DNA from: Eledone cirrhosa
Lineage: Eukaryota
Assembly: GCA_964016885.1 (NCBI GenBank)
Contig: OZ024742.1
Location: 328,600,001-328,664,000, forward strand
DNA: 64,000 nt
Reading direction: 5' to 3'
Below the pieces are notes generated by a model. It made no database searches, had not been told where the DNA came from, and saw only the letters and a program-made list of their open reading frames with translations. The position numbers and the translations under genes are program-made. Each line of letters begins with the position of its first letter. Positions within the stretch are counted from its first letter, which is position 1. Shown here piece after piece: positions 1 to 12,902 of this stretch.

Positions 1-119
1 ACTTTCCCCTTCCCTAAAAAAATATTGGTCTTGTGCCTGAATCAGAAACCATTATTTCCTCATATATATTCGTCTTTTCACACTCGTCATATATATTCTC
101 CTTTAACACTATATATACA

Positions 120-630
120 TGTGCTGAGTGCAATGTCAACTCTGGATGTCGGTGAGCATGTCCAGCTAACCCCAGTCTCCTCTGTGTCACTTTTGAGCTG
201 ACGTTTGGGAGGCTCCCATACAGCCCTGAGCTTTACATCCTCAGTGTATACTGATTAATGTTCAGAGCCATCCTCACCATTCTCGTGTAGCACCCATCCA
301 CCATCTGAGTGAGTTTCTTGGTCAGTGTCCAAGTCTCAGACCCGTACAGTAGCACAGACTCCACTACAGCAATCAAGAGGTGGATTTTCAGATATTTTGT
401 TTTAGTCTCATTCATTCTCAGCTCCACACTCATCGACACAGTCTCAACCTCCTGCATCAAATCCTCTACATGGACACACTGGAAGAGGACGACCAAGGAG
501 CCCGAAGGACAGACACTGGTCTGTTGGAGACATGGCAGCAATAATGAGGGACAGAGACCGCTGGAGAGAACTCGTCCGTGGATCTCGGGAAGTTTACCCG
601 CCCTAGAAATACATGTACTACGTAGCTGAT
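120..630. mobile_element. RTE-clade LINE 3' fragment, apparently with an internal inversion
   Basis: The minus-strand ORF 233-541 has ESVLLYGSETWTLTK..DGCYTRMVRMALNI, the typical RTE post-RT region. The plus strand at ~480-610 reads GRGRPR...MRDRDRWREL, the RTE C-terminus. Confidence 0.75.
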
Positions 631-1001
631 TTCCAATAGTGTGTCTGCCTTCTTTTCTATCTCACATCGTTATGTCTTGCCTATAATATTTACAATTTAT
701 AGGGGTCTTGATAATAACATTCCATCAATACTATTTTATATGTTTGAGTATGCCCTACATATCATTGTGATGTTTGACATATTATCTTCAGTACTATCTT
801 TTCTCCGGATTAAATTAAATAGTGTTTTAGCCATTACATCATGCCCCATGAGCAAATAGTGCCGGGATGAATTCTTCGAACAGCTGCTTAAGATTGGTGA
901 CATCCATCAGACATTGCAAAATAGAGTTCTTTACTGCTGCTCTACACCCCGTTATTTTCGATGGATACTATGTATTTATGTATGTATGTATACATACATA
1001 C

Positions 1002-1067
<66 letters not shown>

Positions 1068-1349
1068 ATGTGTGTGTGTGTGTTACTGGTAACATGTAAC
1101 CCTGTACAACCTGTCTCATGGTAAGGTCGTCGACGACGACTATACCGGCAACCCCACCAAGCTTGCTTGATGAGGAGGGTAATATTTGGTGGACACTCTG
1201 CGAGATGAAATACAAGACCCGGCAAAGGGCGGAAGAACAAAGTCAACGGCCATTCAAATAGTACTTTCTTTTCTACCTGGGAGTGAAAGGCCCCCAGAGG
1301 GAAACTTTGAAAGAAAAAAAAAATGCGGCTTCGGAAGCATCCGATGATG

Positions 1350-1516
1350 TTGACAAGTTCTCCTTTTCGGGTAGTGTTTTCGATGCTCAGAGAGTGGGAT
1401 TGGTCGAGTGAAAGGCCTTTCCCCACTTAAAAAAGACCTTCAAAGCACAGGCATTGGTTGTTCAGGATCTGTTACAAGCGATTGCAATACTCTTAGCAGA
1501 GTCTGCAGCCATCATA
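1350..1516. repeat. Unclassified repeat family also at ~24780-24910 and ~26592-26725
   Basis: Reverse complement shares CAATGCCTGTGC with both other loci, TCCCACTCTCT and GTCAACATCAT with the 24.8 kb copy, and GAGTATTGCAATCGCTTGT with the 26.6 kb copy. All copies abut (TA)n. Confidence 0.6.
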
Positions 1517-1542
1517 TACATATATATATATATATATATATA

Positions 1543-1846
<304 letters not shown>

Positions 1847-2251
1847 TGTGTCTGTATGTCTGTGTGTGTAGGGAAATATTAGAGAAAAACTGAAGATGTA
1901 TGCGTTTTTTTCTATATACTTGCAAATTTACACAACGTAAACAAATTAGTTTATATGAAATAGATTATAGTTTTTATACTCAAACACACACACATACATA
2001 CTCACATAATAAGAATATGTATATAAATATATATGTGTGTATGCGAAACTTTGTCTGTGAGAATAGTAAATAGAAACTGAATGTAATAGAAATAAAGAAA
2101 ATTATTGTGTTATAGAATTATGATTAAAAGAAATTGTGTTGAAAGACTCCAGTAACTCTTGAAACATATTTGTTCAAATTTATCTCGCTATTTTAAACAT
2201 TTAAAACTGTAAATAGACATGAAAAAAATCAACCATACAAATGAATCTCTC

Positions 2252-2322
<71 letters not shown>

Positions 2323-3630
2323 ATTGTTTGTGTGTGTATGTTTGATGTGTGTATGTGTGTTTGCATATATAAATAGAGTGAGAGAGAGAGATACACGTAT
2401 ATGCACATCCAAACACATATACACACATACATACACACACAGATACATACATACACACACACACATTCACACATATATATAAACCAAACCGCGAACCCTA
2501 GTAGTTTCGGCTTCTATATAGTATGTTTTCTCAGGGTTAACACTTGAGAGTCTGCTTGGCGTTAAGGTCGGGTTTATACCTTCATCCCCACTCTGTCCCT
2601 TCCCCTGCAGAGTAATACCCTGATTTGTGGTCGACTCCGTCTCGGCATTGCAGAATATCTCTATTATACTACTGCTTCATCTGGGGCACTGCTTATTCGG
2701 CCGGGGTCACAGTATCTGGCAAAACAGTTATTTTTGCTTGTGGCAGTTATAATAATATTATAGAGATAAAAATGAAATCAGCCATACAAAGGAATGATGG
2801 ACTGTTACGATGTGAGAGAGGCTAGAAGACAACGTATTGCTCGTACGATCTGTTTTTGGCTTGGTTTTCTACTGTTGTATGTCTTCCTAACGCCAACTAC
2901 ATTCAACGAGGTCTGAAAGCTTTTTCTTGAACCACCATTACCATATTACTAGGTGGGCTGCGCCCATTTTTGTGTCAACACCACTACCACCGTATGAGTT
3001 ACACTGGCGGCTGTCTGTCGTGCTTCAAGCTCTGTATGAGAGGAGCAAGCGACGGGTCAATTGGTGTTGCCTTGAAGAAAGTTAATTACGCTTGGCAGTG
3101 TATTGCGGGGGGGGGGGTCTGGTTTCTCATGGTTTGGATGGCAAAGGTTTATCTGAGGTGTGACAGGGATTATGGAGAATACATCATCACCATCGTTAAA
3201 CGTCTAATTTATTTCCCTAGGCCAGACAGGCTGTCATGCTCTGAAATTAGGTCGAATGTTACACATCAAGCCAATATTTTTAATTCTGGCGTGGCCTTCA
3301 CAGCTGGATGCCCTTTCCAACGCCATCCGAGCATTTTATCGTGGTACCTGGTGGGGCATGCTCGGCTTTACGTTACATCTTCTAGCATCGACTTTGCCTT
3401 TCTTCATTCTTTGGACGATACAATAAAGTACAAGCCTGGTACTGGGTTACTCTAATCATGTTTCCGTCCCCACAAATTTCTGACTTTGTATTAGCCTTTA
3501 TAATCGATAACAAGTTGAAATAAACAAACACTATTTTTTTAAAATATAATTTTGCTTCCGTAAACATTAAATGATTCTTTTATTCAGTGCATGTTTAGTG
3601 TATTTGTTACACAAACGCAGAAGCGGGCGA

Positions 3631-3717
<87 letters not shown>

Positions 3718-3989
3718 AACATACATACACACACATATATATATTAGATTAGATTATGAATATAAGCTACATCTCATGGGTTCAATATAACGTATGCTGA
3801 TCTATAAAATATCGCATAAATTAATAATCTTTACAACTGCAAGTTTATTTTTTTTGTTTTGTTTTTTTGTTATTTTGTGGGAGGGAGATTCACACTTTTC
3901 TTATTAAAATTAATAAAAAGTAATTCTTGTTACAGTAAAAGGGCGGAGACAAATAACCGCACGCACACACTCTCTCTCACACACATACA

Positions 3990-4116
<127 letters not shown>

Positions 4117-4356
4117 GTATGTGTGAAACACCCACTATAAAATTGTGAATCTACAATGTACTCTCTCATAGTATACTATTCTTTTCACACATACATAGAC
4201 GCGCATACACAAATGCGTGCGCATTTGTGTATGTATGTGAGTGTGAGCGTCTATAGATGCGTGTGTGTGTAAGAATAGTATACTACGTACGAAAATGAGA
4301 GAGCTCATTGTAGATTTGCAATTTTATTGCAGTTGTTTCACACACACAAACACACA

Positions 4357-4394
<38 letters not shown>

Positions 4395-5324
4395 TATATA
4401 TATATATGTGTGTGTGTGTGTGCATGTGTGCATGTGTGCGTGAGTATATCTGTGTAAGCTGTGTATTTCTGTATGCGTCTTTGTTAGTATGTATATGAGA
4501 ACTTGTTGGAGACATGTATACATAAGTTACCTCTTACCAAAGGGCTATGTAAATGATATGTCGGTCGAGCATTCATTCATCTGCGTTAGGGTCAAAGAAC
4601 GGTCAAAATCTGCCTTTGTACCTACCAGCAATGATTCGCCATTTTGCACGTAACGTACTGGACGCCTTTCAGCTGCAAATATCCTTTATCGCTATGCCTT
4701 TTTTTTATTCTCTCGTCTAACACGACTGGCTATTCTGTTGTTAATGGCTTAGGAGATCCTTTTGGCTGTTAATGGTGCTAGGATGTTCGGCCTGAAAAGC
4801 GTTGCTGTGCAGAAAGCGAGCGGATCAATTCACAAGTGAAACATTAGGTTAGATATTATACAGAAGCAACACTTAGAGTTCATTCTATGTTCCTTCGGAT
4901 CCCTCTGATCTCTGTCTGATCCTGACACACGTTTGTCTTTTAGACGATAATAACTTGAGATCTTCGTGTCATAATTCTCGTTCCTATCAAAGACTCAACA
5001 ATCCACTGTGTATTTGTGTGAATATGTTTGTGTGCGTATGTGTGATTGTAGGAACTGAATATTTATCGCTTCTATGAATTGATAAGAATGGGTTTCTTTT
5101 GTGAATGAATGAAGTGAATTGGACTTCAGCACAACTACGTAGACACACGCGCGTATAAATATGTACGCTCACATGAACACATGCACGCATACGCAGACGC
5201 ACACATTTATGCGCAAACTCACACTTTAATACTCCTATATTCATTTGTTCATAAATATTTATATACATATTATCTGCATCTGCATGTGCAGATGCATGTA
5301 TGTATGAGCGCATATCATACACAG

Positions 5325-5404
<80 letters not shown>

Positions 5405-5800
5405 AGTGTGTGTGTGAGTGGGGGACGCATGTACTACAATGATGAACACATACATATAGAATTTCAACAATATAAACTTCCTCATACATTGATACGCAGA
5501 CACACACGCAGTCACATGCACTCATGCACGAATATGTGTATATATTTTAATGTATTCATCACACACAAACATACATACCCGCTCTCAGTATCACATACAC
5601 GCAAACACACACACATGAATGTATGTATATGTATATTCCATATTCATATCGGAAACACTATCTTTTGAGACCCTTTAGTTCTAACCCTTACACAAAATTT
5701 TGATTGTTCGCGATACTTCTTCAGGAGGAACATTAAAACAGAACATATTCTCCCCCAATATATATATGTATGTATATATATATATTTAGACACACACACA

Positions 5801-5860
<60 letters not shown>

Positions 5861-5892
5861 CACGCACACACACATACACCACACGCACACAC

Positions 5893-6031
<139 letters not shown>

Positions 6032-6614
6032 CGTGGTACACTCAAGAAAGTTAGAGACTTCTTTTTCCTGTCAGGCAATTTTAATTGAGCTATTAACTTT
6101 CACACTAATACATCCTTGATATGGTTATAGCATAACCTGCCAAATCTTCTATTTACAGGTTAATGTTTCGGGCCGCTAAAGCACTTTAAACATTACGCGT
6201 CATACACGTCTTGCCACAGCTGATTGGTTCCACAAAGCAGTCAGGACGTGAGGACAACGTGGAGGCTCGGTGATGACAGCAGGGAGATTGTCGAGTAGAT
6301 CAATTCTAAATAGAATTCCATGTAAAACATAGCGAACAACTATGAAGGCACTACCGATATAAGAATATAGATATAATTTTAATATACAGATGCAGCATAC
6401 AGGGACCCAAATATATTACCTACCAATCTACAATCCTGCGGATATATAAACCAGGCATCTACGATCTCCTACTATACCCATGATACTTTACAATACGCCT
6501 CTGTTATGACTACTCAGATTTTGAAATTTCAGTTGTGTTGGCTTCGAAACGATAATACAAACACATAAACATAAATATCTAATAAGTAAATACGAAAATC
6601 CTTAGTAGATATAT

Positions 6615-7203
6615 TGGTTTCTACTTTAGGCACACGGTCAACAATATTGGGGGAGGGAAAGGTTGATGAAATCGACCCCAGTTCATTGCTGGTACATTAT
6701 TTTATCGACCCCATAAGGATAAAATACAAAGCTTACATCAGTGGGATTTGAATTCTATGTCAATCCTCCGCCAATCCTCCGCCCTTAATAAAAATAATTG
6801 TTTCTACTTTTGGCACAAAGCCAGCAATTATCCAGTACATTACTGGTACTTTATTGTATCGACCCCGTAAGGATGAAAGGCAAAGTTAACCTTGGCGGGA
6901 TTTGAACTCAGACCATAAAGGGCCGTAACTATTTGCTGCAAAGCATCGCGTCCCTCTTTCTCTCTACTGATACTGCCAATCCACTGCCCTTAATAAAAAT
7001 AATTGTTTCTACTATTGGCACAAGGCCAGCAACTACCCAGTACATTACTGGTACTTTATTTTATCGACCCCGTAAGGATGAAAGGCAAAGTTAACTTCGG
7101 CTGGATTTGAACTCAGAATGGCAAGGGCCGTAACTCTATGCGTCAAAGCATGGCGTCTGACCCTCTACCGATACTGCCAATCTACCGCCCTTAATAAAAA
7201 TAA
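6615..7203 (-). mobile_element. Three tandem tRNA-derived SINE copies (Nin/Deu-like core)
   Basis: Repeated TTCTGAGTTCAAATCC (B-box-like) followed by CTTTGCCTTTCATCCTTACGGGGTCGATAAAATAAAGTACCAGT on the minus strand; unit about 200 bp. Confidence 0.8.
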
Positions 7204-7299
7204 TGAAACTTGTGCACAATCGTATTTTCGATATGACATGTTTGAGAGAAAATCTGTTCAATAGTTATATATATATATATGTCCATCTAAGTTATATCT

Positions 7300-7378
<79 letters not shown>

Positions 7379-7416
7379 TGTGTATATGTGGTGGACGTGG
7401 GTGTTCCCCCTCTCTA

Positions 7417-7480
<64 letters not shown>

Positions 7481-7519
7481 TATATACATATATACATATA
7501 TATATGTATATATACATGC

Positions 7520-7598
<79 letters not shown>

Positions 7599-7625
7599 TA
7601 CATATATATATGTATATATATATGC

Positions 7626-7717
<92 letters not shown>

Positions 7718-8067
7718 GTATTTGGACTTGCAGTTTTGTATATGATCTAAATGCGTTTAATTGTACACCACATATACTCTTTTATGAATGTCTCTTTTTG
7801 TGTTAGTATGAAGGTAGCAGATCTTCAACGTCACTATATATAGGTGGTAATATAACAGTAATGTGCCAAATAAGGTGTGAAATATCTCTGCTATTATTAT
7901 ATAGCACGTATATCTCCTTTATTGAACAATAACTAGTCACAAAGACTGTTATATTGTCACTTAGTGATAGCTCTGTCTTGTGTGTTTAAGGCGTACGCAG
8001 CGATGTAGTGCTAACAAGGAAGTGAGGGAACGCATTACTATGAAGATGAAATCATGGCTGTTTGGCT

Positions 8068-8170
8068 TAGGAGATCACTTCAAAAGCATGTAGATCCGGG
8101 TTCAGTCTTGCTGCGCGGCATCTTGAACAATCATTTCCTTCTATAGCTGCGGTGTGACCAATGACTTCAT
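8068..8170 (+). mobile_element. Degenerate tRNA-derived SINE, second family (related copy ~49780-49950)
   Basis: CCGGGTTCAGTC B-box-like head followed by GCGGCATCTTGAACAA...CTATAGC. Confidence 0.5.
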
Positions 8171-9178
8171 ATGTGTCTTTAAAATAGTTTTTGTTGTTAT
8201 ATATTTATTCAAACATTGACTGATTAAGCACTTAATACTGGTGGGTAGAGTATAGAAATTTATTTTCTAAGTATAAGAGTGACAGCGATTTTGGTCGTTT
8301 CAATCCGTAACTAGTCTCTGTGATTATTTCCCCTATGACGTAGAGGTTCGACAAAAAAGGTATCGGTAAAATAAGTTCCAGGCTTGAAACAATATGCACT
8401 GAAATCAGCAACAGACCAAGACACAGTGGTGTAACTAGCCTTTAAAGCCAGTGGGGGGGGGGGGCAAATTCGATCTAAAGGGGGCCCCACCAATTCCATA
8501 CGCTCATTTCCATCGGCTGCAAGGAAATATGTTCATTCACGCATATAGAATAGATAATAATTTATAATAGAGTAGACAGCATCATAGATTACAGAGTTAG
8601 CATGTTCCGTGAAAACTGTATTAACTGCGAAGACGGGGGTCTATCTTCAGGAAAAAAAACAACATCCAATAAAACTAGTTTACAATCGATTATTCACCAA
8701 CAAACATTCGTATGTACAACAGATTGTCCATCTAAAACTTTACTTTCACATTCGAGCACATCACTATAGTTCTAATTTGCGATGTTTTACTTTAGAAAAT
8801 ATTTAAATCACGATGCTGAAGTCAATTTTTTCAACGAGTTTTCGCTCTATGTACATCATTGCCAGAGCATTCAACCGCTCTTCACTCATCGTACTACGCA
8901 AATAATTCTTTATCAGTTTGAGCCTGCTGAAGGTTCGCTCAGCCTGCGCCGAACTAACCGGAATAGTTATGGTATAAGGCAAACACGTTCGGATAGGCTC
9001 TATCTAAGTCATTAGAAATCATAAACGGAACGATCTCAGAAATCGATATGGATTTATCTAAACACACTTCCTTGTAAAAATCTTTGAATGATAAATACTC
9101 GTCGAAGATAGTGTCATTTTCGATGTCACCCTTTCAACGTCACCCTTTCGATGTTCCTTAAGGGTTAAAAAAAAAATG

Positions 9179-10878
9179 TAACCCTTGGGGAACATATGTT
9201 CAAATTTAATGGAAAAACATATGCCCAAGAGGAGGTAGCAGCCATTGGTGTTAGCATTGCAGGCGACATAGCTAACCTATTCATGGTATGGTGGGACAGT
9301 AGACTTAAACTTAAACTTAAAGAACAATTATAAGACCCCTTAACCCTGATAATGTACTCCCGCTACGTTGATGATATAAACATCGTAGTTAAAACACCCC
9401 CACTAGAGAACAGTCAGGAATTAGAGAAAAACACAATGGAAAGCATCCAGCAAATAGCTAACTCCATCCACCAGAGTATTAGAGTTACTATAGACTACCC
9501 AAGCAAACACCCCAACCATCGATTACCTGTACTAGACACAGAGCTCTGGTTAGATACCATTAATAAGAAAAAACAAATCCTCCATTCCCATTATACCAAA
9601 CCCATGTCTTCCAAATATCTGATCCACCGAAACTCAGCTGTTTCGGACCATACCAAAATCAACATACTGATTGCGGATTTGGTACGGGTGATGAGAAACG
9701 GGTCCCGCATGTGCAACCCCGAAGAACTAGAGAGACACATACAACACTTCATCCACCGTATGCAGTTCTCTGGTTACAATTAGAGAGATAAAATCAGAGT
9801 GTATAGAGGAGCCAGAACCAAATGGGAAACAATGGTAAATAATGACACAAATGGGACCTGCCCCTTGTATAGGAGCAAATTTTGGAATAGAATAGAAAGA
9901 ACTAGGAATAAGGCTAATAGAATAAACTCATGGTATGATAGCAATAAATACCATCGATACAACCCCTAGAGGTGAATTAGCTTACAAATTTAGAAGGGCC
10001 CTAGATAAACATAAACTCAATATTAAGATAGTAGAAAGACCAGGTACCTCCATAAAAACACTTATTAGCAAGACATACCCTTTTCAAAGACCTCCCTGTA
10101 TAGATAAGAAATGTATAATCTGTAAATTAAGCCCCCATATTAACTGTAAAACTAGAAATGTAGTATATAGCATAAGATGTACTGAAGGACAATGTAGAGA
10201 TAAAAATATAGTGTACATAGGTGAGACAGCACGTAGTATAGGGGAACGGATAAATGAACACTGGCGAGACCTTCAAGATAGTAAAGAATCATCTGTACTC
10301 TATCAACATGCTAAAATAGAACATAAGGGTAAATTAGAGAACATAGAAATAAAAATAGAATCTACACACAGAAAAGACGCAATGTTTAGACAAATCGCAG
10401 AGGCAATAAACATAAGTGAATTACAACCAAAATTAAATAGAAAACATGAGTGGAACAGCAACATCACAACTTACAATTAAGGACAAAATGAAAACACACA
10501 CGCACATAGAACAAACAACCAACCAGTAACATGTAAATAAACAAATAAATAAACGAATATAAACACACACAGACACCCGGATGTAACACGTGCGAAAACT
10601 AAGCACACAACACACACACAAAAACAAGATGGCGTAGGACAGAACAAAGGAGAGGCACAAAAAACAAAGAAAAGAATCCCCAGTCACTGAAGAGGTAACA
10701 TAATGTGTGACGAAAGAACTTTGACAATATATAAACAACCATCTGGTTGTGGAACCAACCAACCAACCGGAAATTTATAAATTCCTAAATTTATAAATTT
10801 ATTATAATAAATTGAAGTGAAAGCAAATGGTGCGTGTGTTTCTTATTGGCAACATGACCCTCCCAAAGTATACCAATG
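9179..10878 (+). mobile_element. PLE family A, 5'-truncated degenerate copy (RT C-terminus, GIY-YIG, pLTR)
   Basis: SRYVDD at 9358 and NVVYSIRC..YIGETAR. Colinear with 21505-23340, with stops and a deletion. Confidence 0.95.
10683..10725 (+). ncRNA. Minimal type I hammerhead ribozyme in PLE-A pLTR (core intact)
   Basis: gtca-CTGAAGA-g-stem II (gtaaca..tgtgac)-GAAA-gaac-TT-tgac; stem I is gtca/tgac. Confidence 0.75.
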
Positions 10879-10880
10879 TA

Positions 10881-11072
10881 TAATAAATGTGAAGACTAAA
10901 ATCCGAAGAGGGCTCGATAACGATAATATATATATAATAGATATAAAACAGTAGAGCAAATATTTATTAAAATAACAGATTAAAGTTTAAGCTTTCACCC
11001 TTAACAGGATCTTCAGAAGATTCCGCTAAGAGTAAAGCAGTGATTCTTTGCTTATCCTTAATCTGTTATTTG
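10881..11072. mobile_element. Small non-coding fold-back element with a hammerhead-like core (second copy at 50185-50340)
   Basis: 10881-11016 is the reverse complement of 50188-50340. The minus strand reads CTGAAGA-T-CCT-gttaa-GGG-T-GAAAGC. 11014-11072 is an inverted partial copy. Confidence 0.6.
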
Positions 11073-11153
<81 letters not shown>

Positions 11154-11286
11154 CGTTATAGGTAATCCAGTTAGAGGTTTTGAATACTTCTTATTATGGA
11201 TAGTTTTAGCGTACTGCGTTGTTTGACTCAACAAGAGTTTATGATTTCACTTGTATTCCTATGTAAGTTTATCTTGGAGCAATAAA

Positions 11287-11608
11287 ATTGAAAAAATGGA
11301 GAATAACATGGTCAACAGTACAAACAAGGGGATTTATTTACAGTCCAACAATTGTTTCACTGATAAAAATGTCTAAAAATTGCTGAACACTAGAAGCAGT
11401 GCCATTCAATTTTAGATACGATGTTAGCTCGATCAGATCTACTACAGTTTCTGAAGATCTGATCGAGCTATTATCATATTTAAAATTGAATGGCACTGCT
11501 TCTAGTGTTCAGCAATTTTTAGACATCTTTATCAGTGAAACAATTGTTAGACTGTAAATAAATCCCCTTTTTTGTACTGTTGAACATGTTATTCTCCACT
11601 TTTTCAAT
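11287..11608. repeat. Imperfect palindrome with ~150-bp arms (fold-back non-autonomous element)
   Basis: 11287-11440 is the reverse complement of 11456-11608; (TA)n follows. Confidence 0.9.
11443..11556 (+). ncRNA. Type I hammerhead ribozyme with a ~67-nt loop 2
   Basis: tacagttt-CTGAAGA-T-CTGAT..ATCAG-T-GAAA-CAATTG-TT-agactgta; 8-bp stem I with one G.U pair, palindromic loop 3. Confidence 0.75.
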
Positions 11609-11796
11609 GATATATATATATATATATATATATATATTGAAAATTACGATTCGTGCTCTCAAATAGCGATGTATACATGCATAGCATATTTGGCAATATA
11701 CTGTATGCTTAATTAAAAACATTTTGAAGACCTTGTGCTATTATTTTAAAGTAGTGACTAACTCACTTACTTCTTTTTTCAACAAACAAAGGGAAA

Positions 11797-11842
11797 TAAG
11801 CTGACAGATCTGTTTCACACTGTTGGTGATCATCAGAGCTTA
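11797..11842 (-). ncRNA. Type I hammerhead ribozyme, family X (complete)
   Basis: taagct-CTGATGA-T-CAC-caaca-GTG-T-GAAA-CAGATCTG-TC-agctta: perfect 6-bp stem I, GUC cleavage triplet, palindromic stem/loop 3. Confidence 0.9.
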
Positions 11843-12098
11843 GCACTCGCCGATGCCTGTTGAAAATTATAGATGCTGGATTCTTATAGTAATAATCAGG
11901 AACTGATTATACAGAGCGATTGCCGGTCCCACAAAAAATGTCAACTAGGATTGGTGCTCTGAAATAGCGATGTATACATGAATACATGTATAGTATATTT
12001 GGCAATATACCGTATGCTTAATTAAAAACATTTTGAAGACCTTGCGGAATTCTATAAGAATCCAGCATCTATAATTTTCATCATGCATAGGCGAGTGC

Positions 12099-12144
12099 TA
12101 ATCTCTGATGATCACCAACAGTGTGAAACAGATCTGTCAGCTTA
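12099..12144 (+). ncRNA. Type I hammerhead ribozyme, family X (inverted arm)
   Basis: Same core as 11797-11842 with one stem I mismatch. Confidence 0.85.
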
Positions 12145-12250
12145 TCTCCTTTTGTTTGTTGAAAAAAGAAGTAAGTGACATAGTCACTACTTTAAAATAA
12201 TAGCGCAAGGTCTTCAACATGTTTTTAATTAAGCATACAGTATATTGCCA

Positions 12251-12346
<96 letters not shown>

Positions 12347-12470
12347 TGAAGGCGTGTGGCGGAGTGGTTAGAGAATTGGATTCGCAATCGTAAGGTTGTG
12401 AGTTCTATTCCTGGACCAGGTGATGCGTTATGTCCTTGAGCAAGACACTTTATTTCACGTTGCTCCTTCT
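12347..12470 (+). mobile_element. tRNA-derived SINE (related copy ~54925-55235)
   Basis: A-box TGGCGGAGTGG, B-box GTTCTATTCC, then GTCCTTGAGCAAGACACTTTATTTCAC. Confidence 0.75.
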
Positions 12471-12577
12471 ACCTGGAGTTGCGACCGACCGACTTTATAT
12501 ATATATATATATATATATGAAGTAAAAATAACGGAGCAAAGGACTCGCGTATAATCCTGTAATTAAATGAGCTCAAA

Positions 12578-12828
12578 TTTAAAATACAATATATAGAGGG
12601 GAAAGACACAGAAAAGTGTGTTTTTCATCACTAGCGTGAAGAGAATATAAGCTACTAGAGGCATTGGTAAAACATTAAAATTAAAAGTATAAATTTAAAT
12701 GAGAAACCATCCTCACCTGGGCACTTTAAAATACAATATATAGAGGAGAAAGACACAGAAGAGTGTGTTTTTCATTACAGGAATTGCAAACCAGCAGCGT
12801 GAAGCGAATATAAGCTTCTAGAGGCATT
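12578..12828. repeat. Direct repeat (~90-100 bp, two copies) between microsatellites
   Basis: TTTAAAATACAATATATAGAGG..AGAGGCATT at 12578-12665 and 12725-12828. Confidence 0.7.
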
Positions 12829-12836
12829 ATATATAG

Positions 12837-12902
<66 letters not shown>

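Larger units (their letters stand above)
11647..12251. mobile_element. Non-autonomous hammerhead element family X (~300-bp unit; partial tandem plus inverted arm)
   Basis: GTGCTCT.AAATAGCGAT recurs at 11653 and 11954 (period ~301 bp). 12052-12250 is the inverted copy of 11691-11889. Flanked by microsatellites. Confidence 0.85.

Noticed and set aside
1350-1425. CCGATGA..TGAAAGGCCTT possible hammerhead
   Set aside because: No stem I, and the homologous copy at 24.8-24.9 kb does not keep the motif.
2492-2540. Hammerhead-like motif on the minus strand (CTGAGAA..CGAAACTACTA)
   Set aside because: Core deviates from CUGANGA and stem II does not pair.
4530-4800. Exon-like segment with minus-strand acceptor and donor motifs
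   Set aside because: Stops in all three frames after the acceptor; cannot be supported without transcripts.
12347-12425. tRNA gene candidate
   Set aside because: A and B boxes are present but there is no complete cloverleaf, and it continues into a SINE body.
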